DNA from: an uncultured OCS116 cluster bacterium
Lineage (GTDB): Bacteria; Pseudomonadota; Alphaproteobacteria; Rhizobiales; TMED25
DNA length: 64,000 nt
Direction: 5' to 3'
NCBI GenBank assembly: GCA_902633855.1
Contig: CACPHU010000006.1
Span: forward strand, 1,140 to 65,139
Positions within the stretch are counted from its first letter, which is position 1, and every line of letters begins with the position of its first letter. Below, in pieces: positions 29,281 through 45,776 of the stretch. The translations under genes and the position numbers were made by a program. The notes beneath the pieces are model-generated. The model saw only the letters and a list, made by a program, of their open reading frames with translations. It was not told where the DNA came from and made no database searches.

Positions 29281-30582
29281 ATGTATTTGATGTCATTTGA
29301 TAAGATGTCTGGACTTAATCTTAAGAAAAATATCAACACAATTTCTGCAGTGTTGGATATCGGGTCAGATAAGATTATTTGTTTAATAGCAAAAAATACC
29401 ATTTCTGAAAACTATAGGGAAAAATTTGAAATTCTTGGGCTAGGGCACCAGAAATCTAGTGGTTTTGAACACGGGAGTATAGTTGATCCTTCAAATCTAG
29501 AATTGGCAATTCGGAAAGCAATTGAGGATGCTGAAAACATGTCCTCATTAACCATTGACAAAATTTCAGTTAATATCACGTCTGATAAGGTTGAATCAAA
29601 TTTATTTGAAATTAGCATTCCAATAAACGATACCCAAGTGACAAAAAGAGATCTGGAAAAAGCATTATCAATAGCAGCAGAGCAAAATGAGTCATCTGAT
29701 AAATTAATTTTTGAGACCATTCCATTAGGTTTTTCAATTGATGGAGTCGATCTAATTGAAGACCCAGTGGGAATGTATGGCGAAAAGCTAAACATAAATC
29801 TTAATAACTTAACCTGTGCAAAAGGTATCATTCAGAATATCAGTAATGTTATTGAAAGTGCACATATTCAGTTGGAGAGGATTATTTTTACGCCGATTTC
29901 AAGTGCTGTTGCAACTTTGTCGAGTGACGAAGCAAACCTTGGATCAATTGTTGTTGATATGGGGGCCGGAACAACCTCTTATTCGATATTCTCTGATAAT
30001 ATTTTTCGTTATGCAGGTGTGGTATCATATGGCGGTAATAATATAACGATTGATATTGCGCGCGCATTATCAATCAGTATGAGTGATGCCGAAAAGTTAA
30101 AGATTTTATATGGTGGTGTTTTAACTAACTCATACGATAATGGAGATACTGTTACTATACGACAGTTGGGCTATGCGGAAGATACAAACTCCGAGAAGCA
30201 AATTCATAAATCAACTATTGCTGATATATCTAGAACGAGCGCTCTGGATACACTTGAAAGGGTGAGGTCCACGATCCAAAATATTAGCCCAAGCTTGTTA
30301 AATCAAAAAAGAGTTATACTTACAGGAGGGGCTAGCCAGCTTATTGGCATTGATGATTTAGCGAGCGAAATTTTTCAGTCACCTGTCAGAAGGGCGGTCC
30401 CAAAATTAATCTCTCAAGATTTTGATATCTCGGATCCAATTTTTTCTAATTCTTGTGGTATGTTGACTTATTCACAGAATGAAATTTTTGTTAATAAAAA
30501 AATAACCACTAAAGGCTTATCTTATAATCAAGGTAATAATTTTTTTACTAGTTTGATGAAATGGTTCAAGGACAGTTTCTAG
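29281..30582 (+). CDS. ftsA: Cell division protein FtsA (actin-like ATPase)
   Basis: LDIGSDKI phosphate-1 motif, VVDMGAGTTS, LTGGASQL; upstream of ftsZ. Alternative Met starts at 29290 and 29305. Confidence 0.9.
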   Translation: MYLMSFDKMSGLNLKKNINTISAVLDIGSDKIICLIAKNTISENYREKFEILGLGHQKSSGFEHGSIVDPSNLELAIRKAIEDAENMSSLTIDKISVNITSDKVESNLFEISIPINDTQVTKRDLEKALSIAAEQNESSDKLIFETIPLGFSIDGVDLIEDPVGMYGEKLNINLNNLTCAKGIIQNISNVIESAHIQLERIIFTPISSAVATLSSDEANLGSIVVDMGAGTTSYSIFSDNIFRYAGVVSYGGNNITIDIARALSISMSDAEKLKILYGGVLTNSYDNGDTVTIRQLGYAEDTNSEKQIHKSTIADISRTSALDTLERVRSTIQNISPSLLNQKRVILTGGASQLIGIDDLASEIFQSPVRRAVPKLISQDFDISDPIFSNSCGMLTYSQNEIFVNKKITTKGLSYNQGNNFFTSLMKWFKDSF

Positions 30583-30634
30583 AAACTAATTGGCCTACAT
30601 ATTTTATGAGTTAAATAAACACAGGAAAAATATC

Positions 30635-32461
30635 ATGACAATAAATTTGAAGATTCCAGATGCTATGAGTGAGTTGAAGCCAAGAATTACGGTGTTTGGC
30701 GTTGGTGGTGCCGGCGGTAACGCTGTAAATAATATGATCCAAGAGGGATTGGATGGAGTCGAATTTGTTGTTGCTAATACTGATGCTCAAGCCCTTGCAA
30801 TGTCAAGCGCTGATAGACGAATTCAGATGGGAACAAATCTAACCGAAGGTTTGGGAGCCGGCTCGCAGCCAAAAATTGGTGCGGCAGCTGCCCAAGAGGC
30901 CCAGGCGGAAATACTGGATTATTCGGCAGGATCACATATGGTGTTTATTACCGCTGGTATGGGTGGTGGAACGGGAACAGGCGCGGCGCCTGTAATAGCT
31001 CAGCTTTGCAAGGAGCAGGAAATTCTGACGGTTGCAGTAGTAACTAAACCATTTCAATTCGAAGGTGTAAGGCGAATGGAAATAGCAGACGAAGGTATTG
31101 AAGAATTAAGCAAGTATGTAGATACATTAATTGTTATCCCAAATCAAAATCTATTCAGGATTGCTAATGAAAAAACTACATTTTCTGATGCTTTTGCAAT
31201 GGCAGATCAAGTCCTTCTATCAGGGGTATCTGGTATAACAGACTTAATGGTAAAAGAAGGTTTAATAAATCTTGATTTTGCTGATGTAAAATCAATTATG
31301 TTTGGGATGGGCAAAGCTATGATGGGTACAGGTGAAGCCTCGGGAGAAAAAAGAGCAATTGAGGCAGCAGAAGCAGCCATTTCGAATCCACTTTTGGATG
31401 ACGTATCCATGAAAGGGGCACAGGGTCTACTTATCTCAATAACTGGCGGTGAAGACCTTACTCTTTTTGAAGTTGATGAGGTTGCAACCAGAATAAGAGA
31501 TGAGGTGGATAATAATGCAAACATCATTCTAGGTGCAACCTTTGATTCTAATTTAGAGGGATCCGTTAAAGTATCTGTCGTGGCAACCGGAATTCAAAGT
31601 AATATCAAGAATATCGACTCTACAAATTATACATTTAATAAAGATTATACCATTCCAAAGATAAATAGTACTATAGGCGAACATCACAAGAATGAATTTC
31701 AGACACGTCCTTTAAATGGTATTTCACACAACATAAAGTCAGCTGCGGAAGATAAGAAATATGATGGTGACGTATCAATAAAAAAAATAGATGGAAGTCA
31801 TAATTTTTTCACTTCAAGAGATAGGCAGAAGCCAAGTAATGAAAATTCAATAAATGAAAAAATTAGCAGCGCGAGTATTATTGAAAAAAGACAATTAACA
31901 AATGAAATAAATGAAATACCGAGAGTGAGCGAATTCTTCTCAATTAAAGATGAAAATATTTCAATGGCAATGAATGAACAGCTCTTAGATGAGGGTGCGA
32001 GAAAAAATAAAGGGGGTTTTTTGAGTAAGCTTGTGAGCGTAGGATTCAAGAAAAAAGACCAAGCTGATGAAACGCCTATGACTGACAGTAACTATTCAAA
32101 TATAGAATTGAACTCCAATAACGAAATAGACGATAATTTAGGTATGCAAGAGCCTGATATTGAAACTACAAAGTCAGATATAATTCAGACAAACCAGGAC
32201 GTGGAAACACTCTCTGATGATTTGGGTTCTGGCGAGTCTGACCTCGCAGAGGAAAAGAGTTTTGATGTAAGCTATGATGCTGAAGAAGTGTCAGATGAAG
32301 TGAGTGCTCCCGCCGATACTGAAATCCAAGATAGCCTTTTAGATATTGAGGTGGACGATAACAAAGAGGATGATCTCATTGATAATACAATTGATGACGA
32401 CTCTTCAGATCCAGACGGTGAGTTAGAATTACCTTCATTCTTAAAAAGACAAGCAAATTAA
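30635..32461 (+). CDS. ftsZ: Cell division GTPase FtsZ with a long acidic C-terminal linker
   Basis: [27 protein letters not shown] tubulin signature, NTDAQAL. C-terminal conserved peptide [13 protein letters not shown] 30635 (MTINLKIP...) is preferred over the TTG 30590 track start. Confidence 0.95.
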   Translation: MTINLKIPDAMSELKPRITVFGVGGAGGNAVNNMIQEGLDGVEFVVANTDAQALAMSSADRRIQMGTNLTEGLGAGSQPKIGAAAAQEAQAEILDYSAGSHMVFITAGMGGGTGTGAAPVIAQLCKEQEILTVAVVTKPFQFEGVRRMEIADEGIEELSKYVDTLIVIPNQNLFRIANEKTTFSDAFAMADQVLLSGVSGITDLMVKEGLINLDFADVKSIMFGMGKAMMGTGEASGEKRAIEAAEAAISNPLLDDVSMKGAQGLLISITGGEDLTLFEVDEVATRIRDEVDNNANIILGATFDSNLEGSVKVSVVATGIQSNIKNIDSTNYTFNKDYTIPKINSTIGEHHKNEFQTRPLNGISHNIKSAAEDKKYDGDVSIKKIDGSHNFFTSRDRQKPSNENSINEKISSASIIEKRQLTNEINEIPRVSEFFSIKDENISMAMNEQLLDEGARKNKGGFLSKLVSVGFKKKDQADETPMTDSNYSNIELNSNNEIDDNLGMQEPDIETTKSDIIQTNQDVETLSDDLGSGESDLAEEKSFDVSYDAEEVSDEVSAPADTEIQDSLLDIEVDDNKEDDLIDNTIDDDSSDPDGELELPSFLKRQAN

Positions 32462-32541
32462 TATATTAATATCTCACACAGATCTATTGCTTATACCGTG
32501 AAATATGTATATCAATGTAGGTATTAGTGAGAGCAAACCAC

Positions 32542-33471
32542 ATGTTTAACATGCAAACTACAATTAAAGACGATATCAAGTTCGTGGGCATTGGAGTTCA
32601 TACGAATACAAAGTCTACTATGATATTAAAACCGTCAGATCCTGGTTCTGGAATTTCTTTCAGGAGAACCGATGTTAAGGATCCCGGTAAAAATACAATT
32701 AAAGCAAACTACAAAAATGTAAAATCTACATATTATTGCACTGAAATCTCAAATGAATTCGATGTTTCTGTTTTAACTATTGAGCACCTACTTGCGGCTA
32801 TATTTGGTGCAAACATTGATAACATTGAGATATTAATTGATGGTCCTGAGGTACCAATTTTAGATGGTAGTAGTAAAATTTTTATGGATGGAATTCAGGA
32901 TAATCAAATTATAAATCAAGGGAAAGCCAAGAAATTTATAAAAATCTTAGATCCAATAGTGGTAGATCATAATAATGCATTTGCAAGCTTCACTCCAAAT
33001 GACAAACTAATTGTTGATGCGCAAATTGATTTCAAACATCAGTTGATTGGAAAACAAAAAATGGAGATTGAAGTTAACTATGATAATTTTCTTAATGAAA
33101 TATCGAATGCAAGAACTTTTGGCTTCCTTGAGCATGCAGAAAAATTACACTCAATGGGTTATGGTTTAGGGGTAACTCTATCAAATACAATTGTTCTGAC
33201 AGATAAAAATATTATGAATTCAAGTGGTTTAAATTCAACAGATGAATTTGTGAGGCATAAAATACTTGATATTTGCGGCGATCTCATGCTTGCAGATTAT
33301 AGAATTATCGGGAAGTTCACATCAATATGCGGTGGGCATCATATCAATTATTTGGCTTTGAAAGAGTTATTTGAAAATAAAAATTCTTGGTGTTTAGTCG
33401 ATTTTGATGAGGGCACCAAAACGGCAGAGAATATAGAGCATATTGAACAGCAGAAGCTTGTTAATCAGTAA
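32542..33471 (+). CDS. lpxC: UDP-3-O-acyl-GlcNAc deacetylase LpxC
   Basis: GIGVHTN, TIEHLLAA, EVPILDGSS, ARTFGF, HKILDICGDL. Start uncertain (GTG 32527, ATG 32542 or ATG 32551). Confidence 0.9.
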   Translation: MFNMQTTIKDDIKFVGIGVHTNTKSTMILKPSDPGSGISFRRTDVKDPGKNTIKANYKNVKSTYYCTEISNEFDVSVLTIEHLLAAIFGANIDNIEILIDGPEVPILDGSSKIFMDGIQDNQIINQGKAKKFIKILDPIVVDHNNAFASFTPNDKLIVDAQIDFKHQLIGKQKMEIEVNYDNFLNEISNARTFGFLEHAEKLHSMGYGLGVTLSNTIVLTDKNIMNSSGLNSTDEFVRHKILDICGDLMLADYRIIGKFTSICGGHHINYLALKELFENKNSWCLVDFDEGTKTAENIEHIEQQKLVNQ

Positions 33472-33520
33472 ATATAGACTATACTATATTGATATCAATG
33501 TTGTATAGTTGTGTCACAAT

Positions 33521-34321
33521 ATGCAGAAAATTATCGTCTCATTATTTCTTTTATTATTGGTTGGTTGTGCAACAGATATGCCTGTTGAGTCATTCAGCCA
33601 GAGAGATATGAGTATAATATATAATTCTGCGGCAGATTTACTCGAAAAAAAAGAATATGAATTGGCTGCAGATGAATTTCTTAATATCGAGAGAGAGTAC
33701 CCATATTCAAACTGGTCAGAGCAGGCCCTAATAATGGCGTCATACTCTTACTTTGAAGGAAAGAGATATAAAGACGCTATTAGTCAACTTACAAGGTATA
33801 CTCAATTATATCCAAATGGAAATAAACTTGCGTATGCTAATTACTTAATTGGACAATCATACTACTTGCAAATAGCTAATGTTGGGAGAGATCAACATAA
33901 TGCCAGACTCGCACTTGAACGATTTAATACTATACTTGAAAGATTTCCAAACTCAGACTATGCAGCAGATGCTCGTCTCAAGAAAGATCTTGCCATAGAT
34001 CATATTGCTGGATCAATAATGGAAATTGGAAGATTTTACCAAAAAAGAAAGCAGTTTACGGCGGCTATCAATAGGTTCAAGGAAGTAATCTCAGAATATC
34101 AGACTACTTCTCATATTGATGAAGCGCTAGCACGTTACTCCAACTCGTATCTCGCACTTGGCATATATGTAGAAGCACAAACATCTGCTGCAATTCTAGG
34201 TTATAACTACCCTAATAGTAATTGGTATAGTTACATTTACGGCGAGCTGACACAAGCTGGTCTAAAACCCAAAGAAGAGCCAGAAACATGGATTCGAAGG
34301 GTTTGGAGAACGGATAAGTAG
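33521..34321 (+). CDS. bamD: Outer-membrane protein assembly factor BamD (YfiO), TPR lipoprotein
   Basis: Lipobox LLLLVGC-A after MQKIIVSLF, then TPR-like repeats with the typical YPNS..Y motif (ERFPNSDYAADA). Conserved position after lpxC in alphaproteobacteria. Confidence 0.85.
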   Translation: MQKIIVSLFLLLLVGCATDMPVESFSQRDMSIIYNSAADLLEKKEYELAADEFLNIEREYPYSNWSEQALIMASYSYFEGKRYKDAISQLTRYTQLYPNGNKLAYANYLIGQSYYLQIANVGRDQHNARLALERFNTILERFPNSDYAADARLKKDLAIDHIAGSIMEIGRFYQKRKQFTAAINRFKEVISEYQTTSHIDEALARYSNSYLALGIYVEAQTSAAILGYNYPNSNWYSYIYGELTQAGLKPKEEPETWIRRVWRTDK

Positions 34322-34330
34322 AGTTTTTGA

Positions 34331-39916
<5,586 letters not shown>

Positions 39917-40076
39917 ATATTTTCTGAATTGCTTTTATTTTATGGAAATAAATATTATGCATGCAATTTATGCATACCTACTAACTATTTTTTGAACTAC
40001 TAAACAACATTTTTAATATTATATATCAGTTAAACGTAACTTAATTCTAAAAAAAAACAAACCAGAAAGGAAAAAA

Positions 40077-40256
40077 ATGGAAATTTCAAGTTATTCAATG
40101 AGTCTAGCCAGTGGATTTTACGGACTAAGCTTTAGTTCAGAAAAAAGACAGAAGGCCCAAATTAAAGCAGTAAAAGATTTTGCAAGAACTGAAGGTATTG
40201 CAATCGGTGACGTACTTTCATCATTAAACAAGACCACAGACAGTAATCAGAACTAA
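40077..40256 (+). CDS. Small ORF (59 aa), weak resemblance to the YjfB-like small protein family
   Basis: Not in the ORF track, which lists nothing shorter than 60 aa. Hand translation: MEISSYSMSLASGFYGLSFSSEKRQKAQIKAVKDFARTEGIAIGDVLSSLNKTTDSNQN. SD-like gaaaggaaaaaaATG directly upstream. Lies in an otherwise empty 580-bp gap. Confidence 0.5.
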   Translation: MEISSYSMSLASGFYGLSFSSEKRQKAQIKAVKDFARTEGIAIGDVLSSLNKTTDSNQN

Positions 40257-40303
40257 ACATGTTGCTACTGGTGGTTTATTTAATTAAAGCGGTGATAAAA
40301 TAA

Positions 40304-40459
40304 ATGAAATATATAATCGGCAACTCACAGGACTTCTTTCATGCCTTAATCACAACAATAAGGCAAGATATCATAAACAATAGTTATGAAAAACGCTCCT
40401 TCAAAGAGGTTTATGCTGAGTACAATAAGACAACAAAAAAAGACGTATCAACAAACTAG
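40304..40459 (+). CDS. Small ORF (51 aa), unknown
   Basis: Hand translation: MKYIIGNSQDFFHALITTIRQDIINNSYEKRSFKEVYAEYNKTTKKDVSTN. 47 nt downstream of the previous small ORF; only a weak SD (ggtgataaaataaATG). Confidence 0.35.
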   Translation: MKYIIGNSQDFFHALITTIRQDIINNSYEKRSFKEVYAEYNKTTKKDVSTN

Positions 40460-40497
40460 CTAATTGCAGAATTCATGTAAAAGATATATCCGTTGTA

Positions 40498-41358
40498 TTA
40501 GAAGTTTGGGGCTCTCATAACCAAAGTTACCCAGTTGTTTATTGTAAAGTCTCTCAAAACAATGAATCCCAGATTTTGGTAGCTTACTCTGACCTTTTTT
40601 TTCTGTTCTTTTGTAAAACCTGAAACGATCAAAATACCATTCTTCGATATAAGATTCGCAATTTCCCATTTCGCTTGCACTATAACATTTGCGAGTATGT
40701 TGATCATAATCAGATCGAATTTTACCGAACACCTAAGTTTATATGACTCTGTTGTGATATCCAATAATCTTACCTTTACCTTATTTCTGCAGTTATTTTT
40801 AATGATATTATTTCTAGCTACCTCAATTGATTTTTTATCATGATCAATCCCTATACCTCTGCATTTCCATATTTTGTTGGCAGCAATAGAGAGGAGCCCG
40901 CTTCCAGTTCCAATATCAAGAAAATATTTAACATTAATAGTTTTTTGTATTTCAAGTAGTGCATTCACACATCCAGCTGTTGTTCCGTGATGACCAGTTC
41001 CAAAAGCTAGGCCCTCATTCACGCAGATATTGATTTTTTTGTTTTTATCTTTTTTGTGGCCATCATTATGAATGTATAAACCATTAAAGCTGAGTGGTTC
41101 GAGTGTTTTTTGGCTTTCCAAAACCCAATTCTTATTTTCTACCTTGTTGATTCGGAAATCCTGAGATGAACCAAATAGCTTAGATATTATCTTTTTAATA
41201 TAAGATCTTTCTTTTTCATCAAATAGGATATTGAAATATAATTCTCCATTGTAAGTATATTGTGATACCGACAGGACATTATGTGAAAATAAAAAATCAT
41301 CATCGAGTTCGGTGATTGATTTATCAGATTTAATTAAAATCTCAACTATATCAGTCAT
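40498..41358 (-). CDS. prmA: Ribosomal protein L11 methyltransferase PrmA
   Basis: AFGTGHHGTTAGC and SAM-binding LDIGTGSGLLSIAA motifs; 286 aa; 8-nt overlap with the uvrD 3' end. Confidence 0.88.
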   Translation of the reverse strand: MTDIVEILIKSDKSITELDDDFLFSHNVLSVSQYTYNGELYFNILFDEKERSYIKKIISKLFGSSQDFRINKVENKNWVLESQKTLEPLSFNGLYIHNDGHKKDKNKKINICVNEGLAFGTGHHGTTAGCVNALLEIQKTINVKYFLDIGTGSGLLSIAANKIWKCRGIGIDHDKKSIEVARNNIIKNNCRNKVKVRLLDITTESYKLRCSVKFDLIMINILANVIVQAKWEIANLISKNGILIVSGFTKEQKKKVRVSYQNLGFIVLRDFTINNWVTLVMRAPNF

Positions 41359-43573
41359 TATTTACTAACTCTAAATATGAAGCTAGTACAATTTTTTTAC
41401 CTGTTTTAAATTCAACCTCAATTCTGTCGTTATCACAATCAATTACCGTGCCATAGCCGAATTTTGTATGAAATACCCTCTGATTGGGGCTAATGTTTAT
41501 ATCCTGATTGAACGTTAAATCATCGTACTCAAGATTATCAAAGTGTCCTATGGCCTGCAACCTCTCTAACGCCGTACGACCATTAGCGTAATTTTTTTGG
41601 TTATTATTTTTACCAGAAAAAGATGAGTATTGCTGAGTATAGGTATCATAGATCAATTCTTCTTCAATAAATTCGAATCCAATTTCAGATAGAAATCTCG
41701 ACGCAATTGATTGTGTATAGTTACCATAAACCCTCCTATTTTGTGCATAGGATAAGAATAGATATTTTTTAGCGCGCGTAATACCAACATGCGCTAAACG
41801 ACGTTCCTCCTCTAATCCGGTATTACCTTTTTCATCCAATGATCTTTGATTTGGAAAAACACCTTCCTCCATGCCTGGCATAAAAACATAATCGAACTCC
41901 AATCCCTTAGCTGAATGCAAGGTCATTAGGTTAACCTTACTTGTATTATCGTCATTCTCAACATCCATAACAAGCGAAACATGGTCTAGAAATTCTGCTA
42001 GTGATTGGAATTCTGATAATTGACCAATCAGTTCCTTTATATTTTCAATTCTGCTTTCGGAATTCGGTGTTTTTTCATTCTCCCACATCGCGATATAGCC
42101 TGAGTCTTCTAGAATTAACTCAGTCAATGTAATATGGTCTACTTTATTTATTTTTTCACGCCAGCTATCAACCATTGATATAAAAGATTTAAGTTGAGTA
42201 CGAGGGTTTGCTCCTAATTCATCAGTATCGATTATCTTTTTTGAAATATCATATAGTGAGGTGTTATCTCTTCGTGCTGCATCATTTATTTTACGAAGAG
42301 TTGTGTCTCCAAGTCCTCGTCGAGGTGTATTTATAACACGCTCAAATTTTAGATCATGATTTGGATTTACAACGAGCTGAAGATATGCAATTACATCACG
42401 TATTTCTTGCCTTTCATAGAATCTCGGACCCCCAATTACTCTATAAGGGATGCTATTAATGATAAATCTATCCTCAAATTCTCTCATCTGGAAGCTGGCC
42501 CTAACGAGTACCGCTGTATTATTTAAATTTTCATTTTTTGATATAATTGTGTCAATTTCATCAGATACGAATCTTGCCTCATCTTCGGCACTATACAGAC
42601 TTTTAATTTTTACTTTGTCACCATCATCCTCTATATAGGAGGAAAGCTCTTTTCCAAGTCGATCTTTATTGTTCGATATTAAACTCCTTGCGGCACCAAG
42701 AATATTTTTTGTAGACCTATAATTCTTTTCAAGTCGAATGATTTTTGCTCCGCTAAAATCCTTTTCGAAATTTAAGATATTATTTACATCAGCCCCCCTC
42801 CAGCCATAGATAGATTGATCATCATCGCCTACACAAGCAATGTTCAAGTTTCTTTGGGAGAGTAATTTAAGCAGTAAGTATTGTACGCTATTTGTATCTT
42901 GATACTCGTCAACAAGTGTGTAGGAAAAGATTGATTGATACTTATTAAGCAAGCTATCATTCTCCTTAAGTAGCTTTAAAGGTAAAAGCAACAAGTCTCC
43001 AAAATCGGCTGAGTTTAATCTTGATAGTCTTTTTTGATAGCTACTATAGACTTCAACACTTTTTTCATGACCAATGATATCGGGCTCACTATTTGCAACC
43101 TTTTCAGGCGGAAGCCCTTTATTTTTCCAATTTTCAATTTGTGATAAAAAATATCGTGGCGGAAAACGCTTTTCGTCGATATTTAGTATTTTTATTACCT
43201 CTTTAATAACCTTTAATTGATCATCGGTATCTAATATTGTGAAATCGCTTTTAAGGTTTGCTTCTTCAGCGTGAATTCTTAATAACTTAGCGCCGATGGA
43301 ATGAAATGTACCTAACCAGTTCATTCCTTCAATTGCACTGCCAATAATGTTTCCAATTCGTACCTGCATTTCTCTTGCTGCTTTGTTCGTGAATGTGACT
43401 GCAAGTATATTTGAAGGGAAGGCTTTCTTTTGATCAATAATATGCGCAAGTCGTGAGGTGAGAACTCTTGTTTTTCCTGTACCGGCACCAGCTAATATTA
43501 GAAGCGGCCCTTCCGTATGCATAACAGCAGCCCTCTGCTGCTCATTGAGATCTGAAAGATAATTGGGACTCAT
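41351..43573 (-). CDS. uvrD: ATP-dependent DNA helicase UvrD/PcrA/Rep family (SF1A)
   Basis: LNEQQRAAV, AGAGTGKT (motif I), VDEYQDTN (II), YRS, T.H.AKGLEF (V), VGITRAK (VI) and a C-terminal V.H..FG.G.V tail. Confidence 0.92.
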   Translation of the reverse strand: MSPNYLSDLNEQQRAAVMHTEGPLLILAGAGTGKTRVLTSRLAHIIDQKKAFPSNILAVTFTNKAAREMQVRIGNIIGSAIEGMNWLGTFHSIGAKLLRIHAEEANLKSDFTILDTDDQLKVIKEVIKILNIDEKRFPPRYFLSQIENWKNKGLPPEKVANSEPDIIGHEKSVEVYSSYQKRLSRLNSADFGDLLLLPLKLLKENDSLLNKYQSIFSYTLVDEYQDTNSVQYLLLKLLSQRNLNIACVGDDDQSIYGWRGADVNNILNFEKDFSGAKIIRLEKNYRSTKNILGAARSLISNNKDRLGKELSSYIEDDGDKVKIKSLYSAEDEARFVSDEIDTIISKNENLNNTAVLVRASFQMREFEDRFIINSIPYRVIGGPRFYERQEIRDVIAYLQLVVNPNHDLKFERVINTPRRGLGDTTLRKINDAARRDNTSLYDISKKIIDTDELGANPRTQLKSFISMVDSWREKINKVDHITLTELILEDSGYIAMWENEKTPNSESRIENIKELIGQLSEFQSLAEFLDHVSLVMDVENDDNTSKVNLMTLHSAKGLEFDYVFMPGMEEGVFPNQRSLDEKGNTGLEEERRLAHVGITRAKKYLFLSYAQNRRVYGNYTQSIASRFLSEIGFEFIEEELIYDTYTQQYSSFSGKNNNQKNYANGRTALERLQAIGHFDNLEYDDLTFNQDINISPNQRVFHTKFGYGTVIDCDNDRIEVEFKTGKKIVLASYLELVNND

Positions 43574-43633
43574 ATTTTCATCATATTAGTAAGATAGTGG
43601 GTTGCAATATTTATATGCATCAAATATCAACTA

Positions 43634-43849
43634 TTAACGTTTATTTATTATATCATTTAAATGACTTAGACAGAAAACTCGGATTGTTGACGTTAAGTTT
43701 TGCCTGCCACTTTTTTTTTCAATAATCTCAAGCAATTTTGGGATAGATGTATTTTGCTCCAATGAAATACTCTCTAAGATCTCCCAGAATTCTTTTTCTA
43801 GGGAGATACTTGTACGATGCCTAGCAATCGTGACAGAACGCTTTTGCAT
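43634..43849 (-). CDS. Ribbon-helix-helix domain protein (RHH_4-like)
   Basis: KRSVTIARHRTSISLEKEFWEILESISLEQNTSIPKLLEIIE matches the small alphaproteobacterial RHH family (K.S.....H.TS.SLE..FW). Lies 3 nt downstream of fumC. Confidence 0.7.
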   Translation of the reverse strand: MQKRSVTIARHRTSISLEKEFWEILESISLEQNTSIPKLLEIIEKKSGRQNLTSTIRVFCLSHLNDIINKR

Positions 43850-43852
43850 TTA

Positions 43853-45232
43853 TCATATCATTTTTTTTGGGTCTACAAGCGAGCCAAATTCCACTTCATT
43901 GACATAACCAGATTTTAGCGCCTCTTCTTTCAATGTTGTATTGTTCTTGTGAGCTAATTTGGCAAGTTCTGCCGCTTTATCGTAGCCGATTTTTGGTGCG
44001 AGTGCGGTTACAAGCATAAGTGATCTCTCGAGGTTTAACTTGATATTTTCATGCCTCGCCTCAAGACCATCCAAGCAATTTTTTTCAAATGAAATTGCTG
44101 CATCTGTCATGAGCTTTACTGACTGTAAAAAATTGAATGCCATCATTGGGTTAAAAACGTTCAACTGGAAATGGCCCTGACTGCCAGCTATTGAAATAGC
44201 AGTATTGTTTCCAAAAATATGCAAGCAAACTTGTGTTAGAGACTCGCATTGTGTGGGATTAACCTTACCAGGCATAATTGATGATCCTGGCTCATTTTCT
44301 GGAAGAGCTAATTCTCCAAGTCCAGCTCGCGGGCCACTACCAAGAAATCTTATATCATTGGCTATTTTAAATAAAGATGCGGCTACTGTATTTATTGCGC
44401 CGTGAGCCATGAGCATAGCATCATGCGCCGATAAAGCCTCAAACTTATTGGGGGCACTTGTAAATTTTTTGCCTGTTAATTTTGAGATATTCTGAGCTAT
44501 TTTAACCCCAAAGTCTTTGGGTGCATTTAGACCGGTTCCAACAGCAGTTCCGCCTTGAGCTAATTCCATTAGTTTTGGCAGTGTATCTTTTATTCTGTCA
44601 ATACCGTTATTAATTTGCTGAGCATAGCCAGAGAACTCTTGCCCAAGTGTTAGGGGTGTGGCATCTTGCGTATGGGTTCTACCAATCTTTATAACCTTTG
44701 CCCACTCATCAGATTTTTTCTTAAACTTTTTAGCAAGGGATGTCAGTGCGGGCAGCAAAGCATCCAATATCTCTGATGCACATGCAATATGCATGGCGGT
44801 TGGATAAGTATCATTTGATGATTGGGACATATTACAATGGTCATTTGGATGAACTGGTGATTTTGAGCCCATTTCACCTCCCATCATTTCTATCGCTCTA
44901 TTTGATATGACTTCATTAGCATTCATGTTTGATTGCGTCCCAGAACCAGTTTGCCAAACTGAAAGTGGAAAGTGATCATCGAGTTTACCGTCAATTACTT
45001 CATTTGCAGCGTTGATAATATTCTTTCCAATATCTTTATCAAGAATACCATAACCCATATTAACTTCAGCCGCGGCAGCCTTGATAATACCCAAGGCTCT
45101 AATAACAGATTTTGGTTGCATTTCCCATCCAATATCAAAATTCTTGAGCGACCGTTGTGACTGCGCGCCCCAATATTTACTGCTATCTACTTCGATTTTA
45201 CCAAAAGTGTCTGTTTCAGTTCTTTTACTCAT
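43853..45232 (-). CDS. fumC: Class II fumarate hydratase
   Basis: [15 protein letters not shown] signature; [10 protein letters not shown]; 459 aa. Confidence 0.95.
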   Translation of the reverse strand: MSKRTETDTFGKIEVDSSKYWGAQSQRSLKNFDIGWEMQPKSVIRALGIIKAAAAEVNMGYGILDKDIGKNIINAANEVIDGKLDDHFPLSVWQTGSGTQSNMNANEVISNRAIEMMGGEMGSKSPVHPNDHCNMSQSSNDTYPTAMHIACASEILDALLPALTSLAKKFKKKSDEWAKVIKIGRTHTQDATPLTLGQEFSGYAQQINNGIDRIKDTLPKLMELAQGGTAVGTGLNAPKDFGVKIAQNISKLTGKKFTSAPNKFEALSAHDAMLMAHGAINTVAASLFKIANDIRFLGSGPRAGLGELALPENEPGSSIMPGKVNPTQCESLTQVCLHIFGNNTAISIAGSQGHFQLNVFNPMMAFNFLQSVKLMTDAAISFEKNCLDGLEARHENIKLNLERSLMLVTALAPKIGYDKAAELAKLAHKNNTTLKEEALKSGYVNEVEFGSLVDPKKMI

Positions 45233-45239
45233 GATGACC

Positions 45240-45743
45240 TCATTTATTCGTCTCTTTCATAAATTCTTTTAGTGATACAATCTCAGCAGTTTTTTCATAT
45301 TCTCCTTTTTTTTCTTCGTTTACAGCTGTGAGATTTTCATTTGCCAGTTGTTGACTCGACTCAAGCTTGTGACTGTCTTGTTGCGATTTCAACATAAAAT
45401 CAATACCAAAATTTACCGCAGGATCAAAAAATTTGGTCATTGCAGTGTAGGGTATAACAATTTTTTCTGGTTTATTATCAAAATGCAAAATTACCGAGAA
45501 ATGATTAGATTTAATCTCAAGTTCACTAAATTGATGTTGCAGTACAATCGTCATTTCTTCTCTAAATTTATTCTTTAAACTTTTTGATATTACAACGCCA
45601 CTCTCATTTGTTAAGAAGGTCACATAAATATGATGCTCACCTGGTAATCCATTATTTTTTTTTATTTTTTTGAGCACATCAACAACGACGTTAATCATGG
45701 ATTTATTTATTATGTCATTATAACCAATGAGATCTTCTGTCAT
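45240..45743 (-). CDS. sspB: SspB-family ClpXP adaptor (alpha-type stringent starvation protein B homologue)
   Basis: [48 protein letters not shown] match the alphaproteobacterial SspB pattern; acidic, unstructured C-terminal tail. Confidence 0.8.
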   Translation of the reverse strand: MTEDLIGYNDIINKSMINVVVDVLKKIKKNNGLPGEHHIYVTFLTNESGVVISKSLKNKFREEMTIVLQHQFSELEIKSNHFSVILHFDNKPEKIVIPYTAMTKFFDPAVNFGIDFMLKSQQDSHKLESSQQLANENLTAVNEEKKGEYEKTAEIVSLKEFMKETNK

Positions 45744-45776
45744 TTATGGATTCTCAACACTATTTAGTTACAAATT

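Noticed and set aside
40460-40732. 90-aa minus-strand ORF overlapping the 3' part of prmA in another frame.
   Set aside because: prmA (40498..41358) has clear family motifs through this region. The overlapping ORF has no SD or family resemblance and is a frame artefact.
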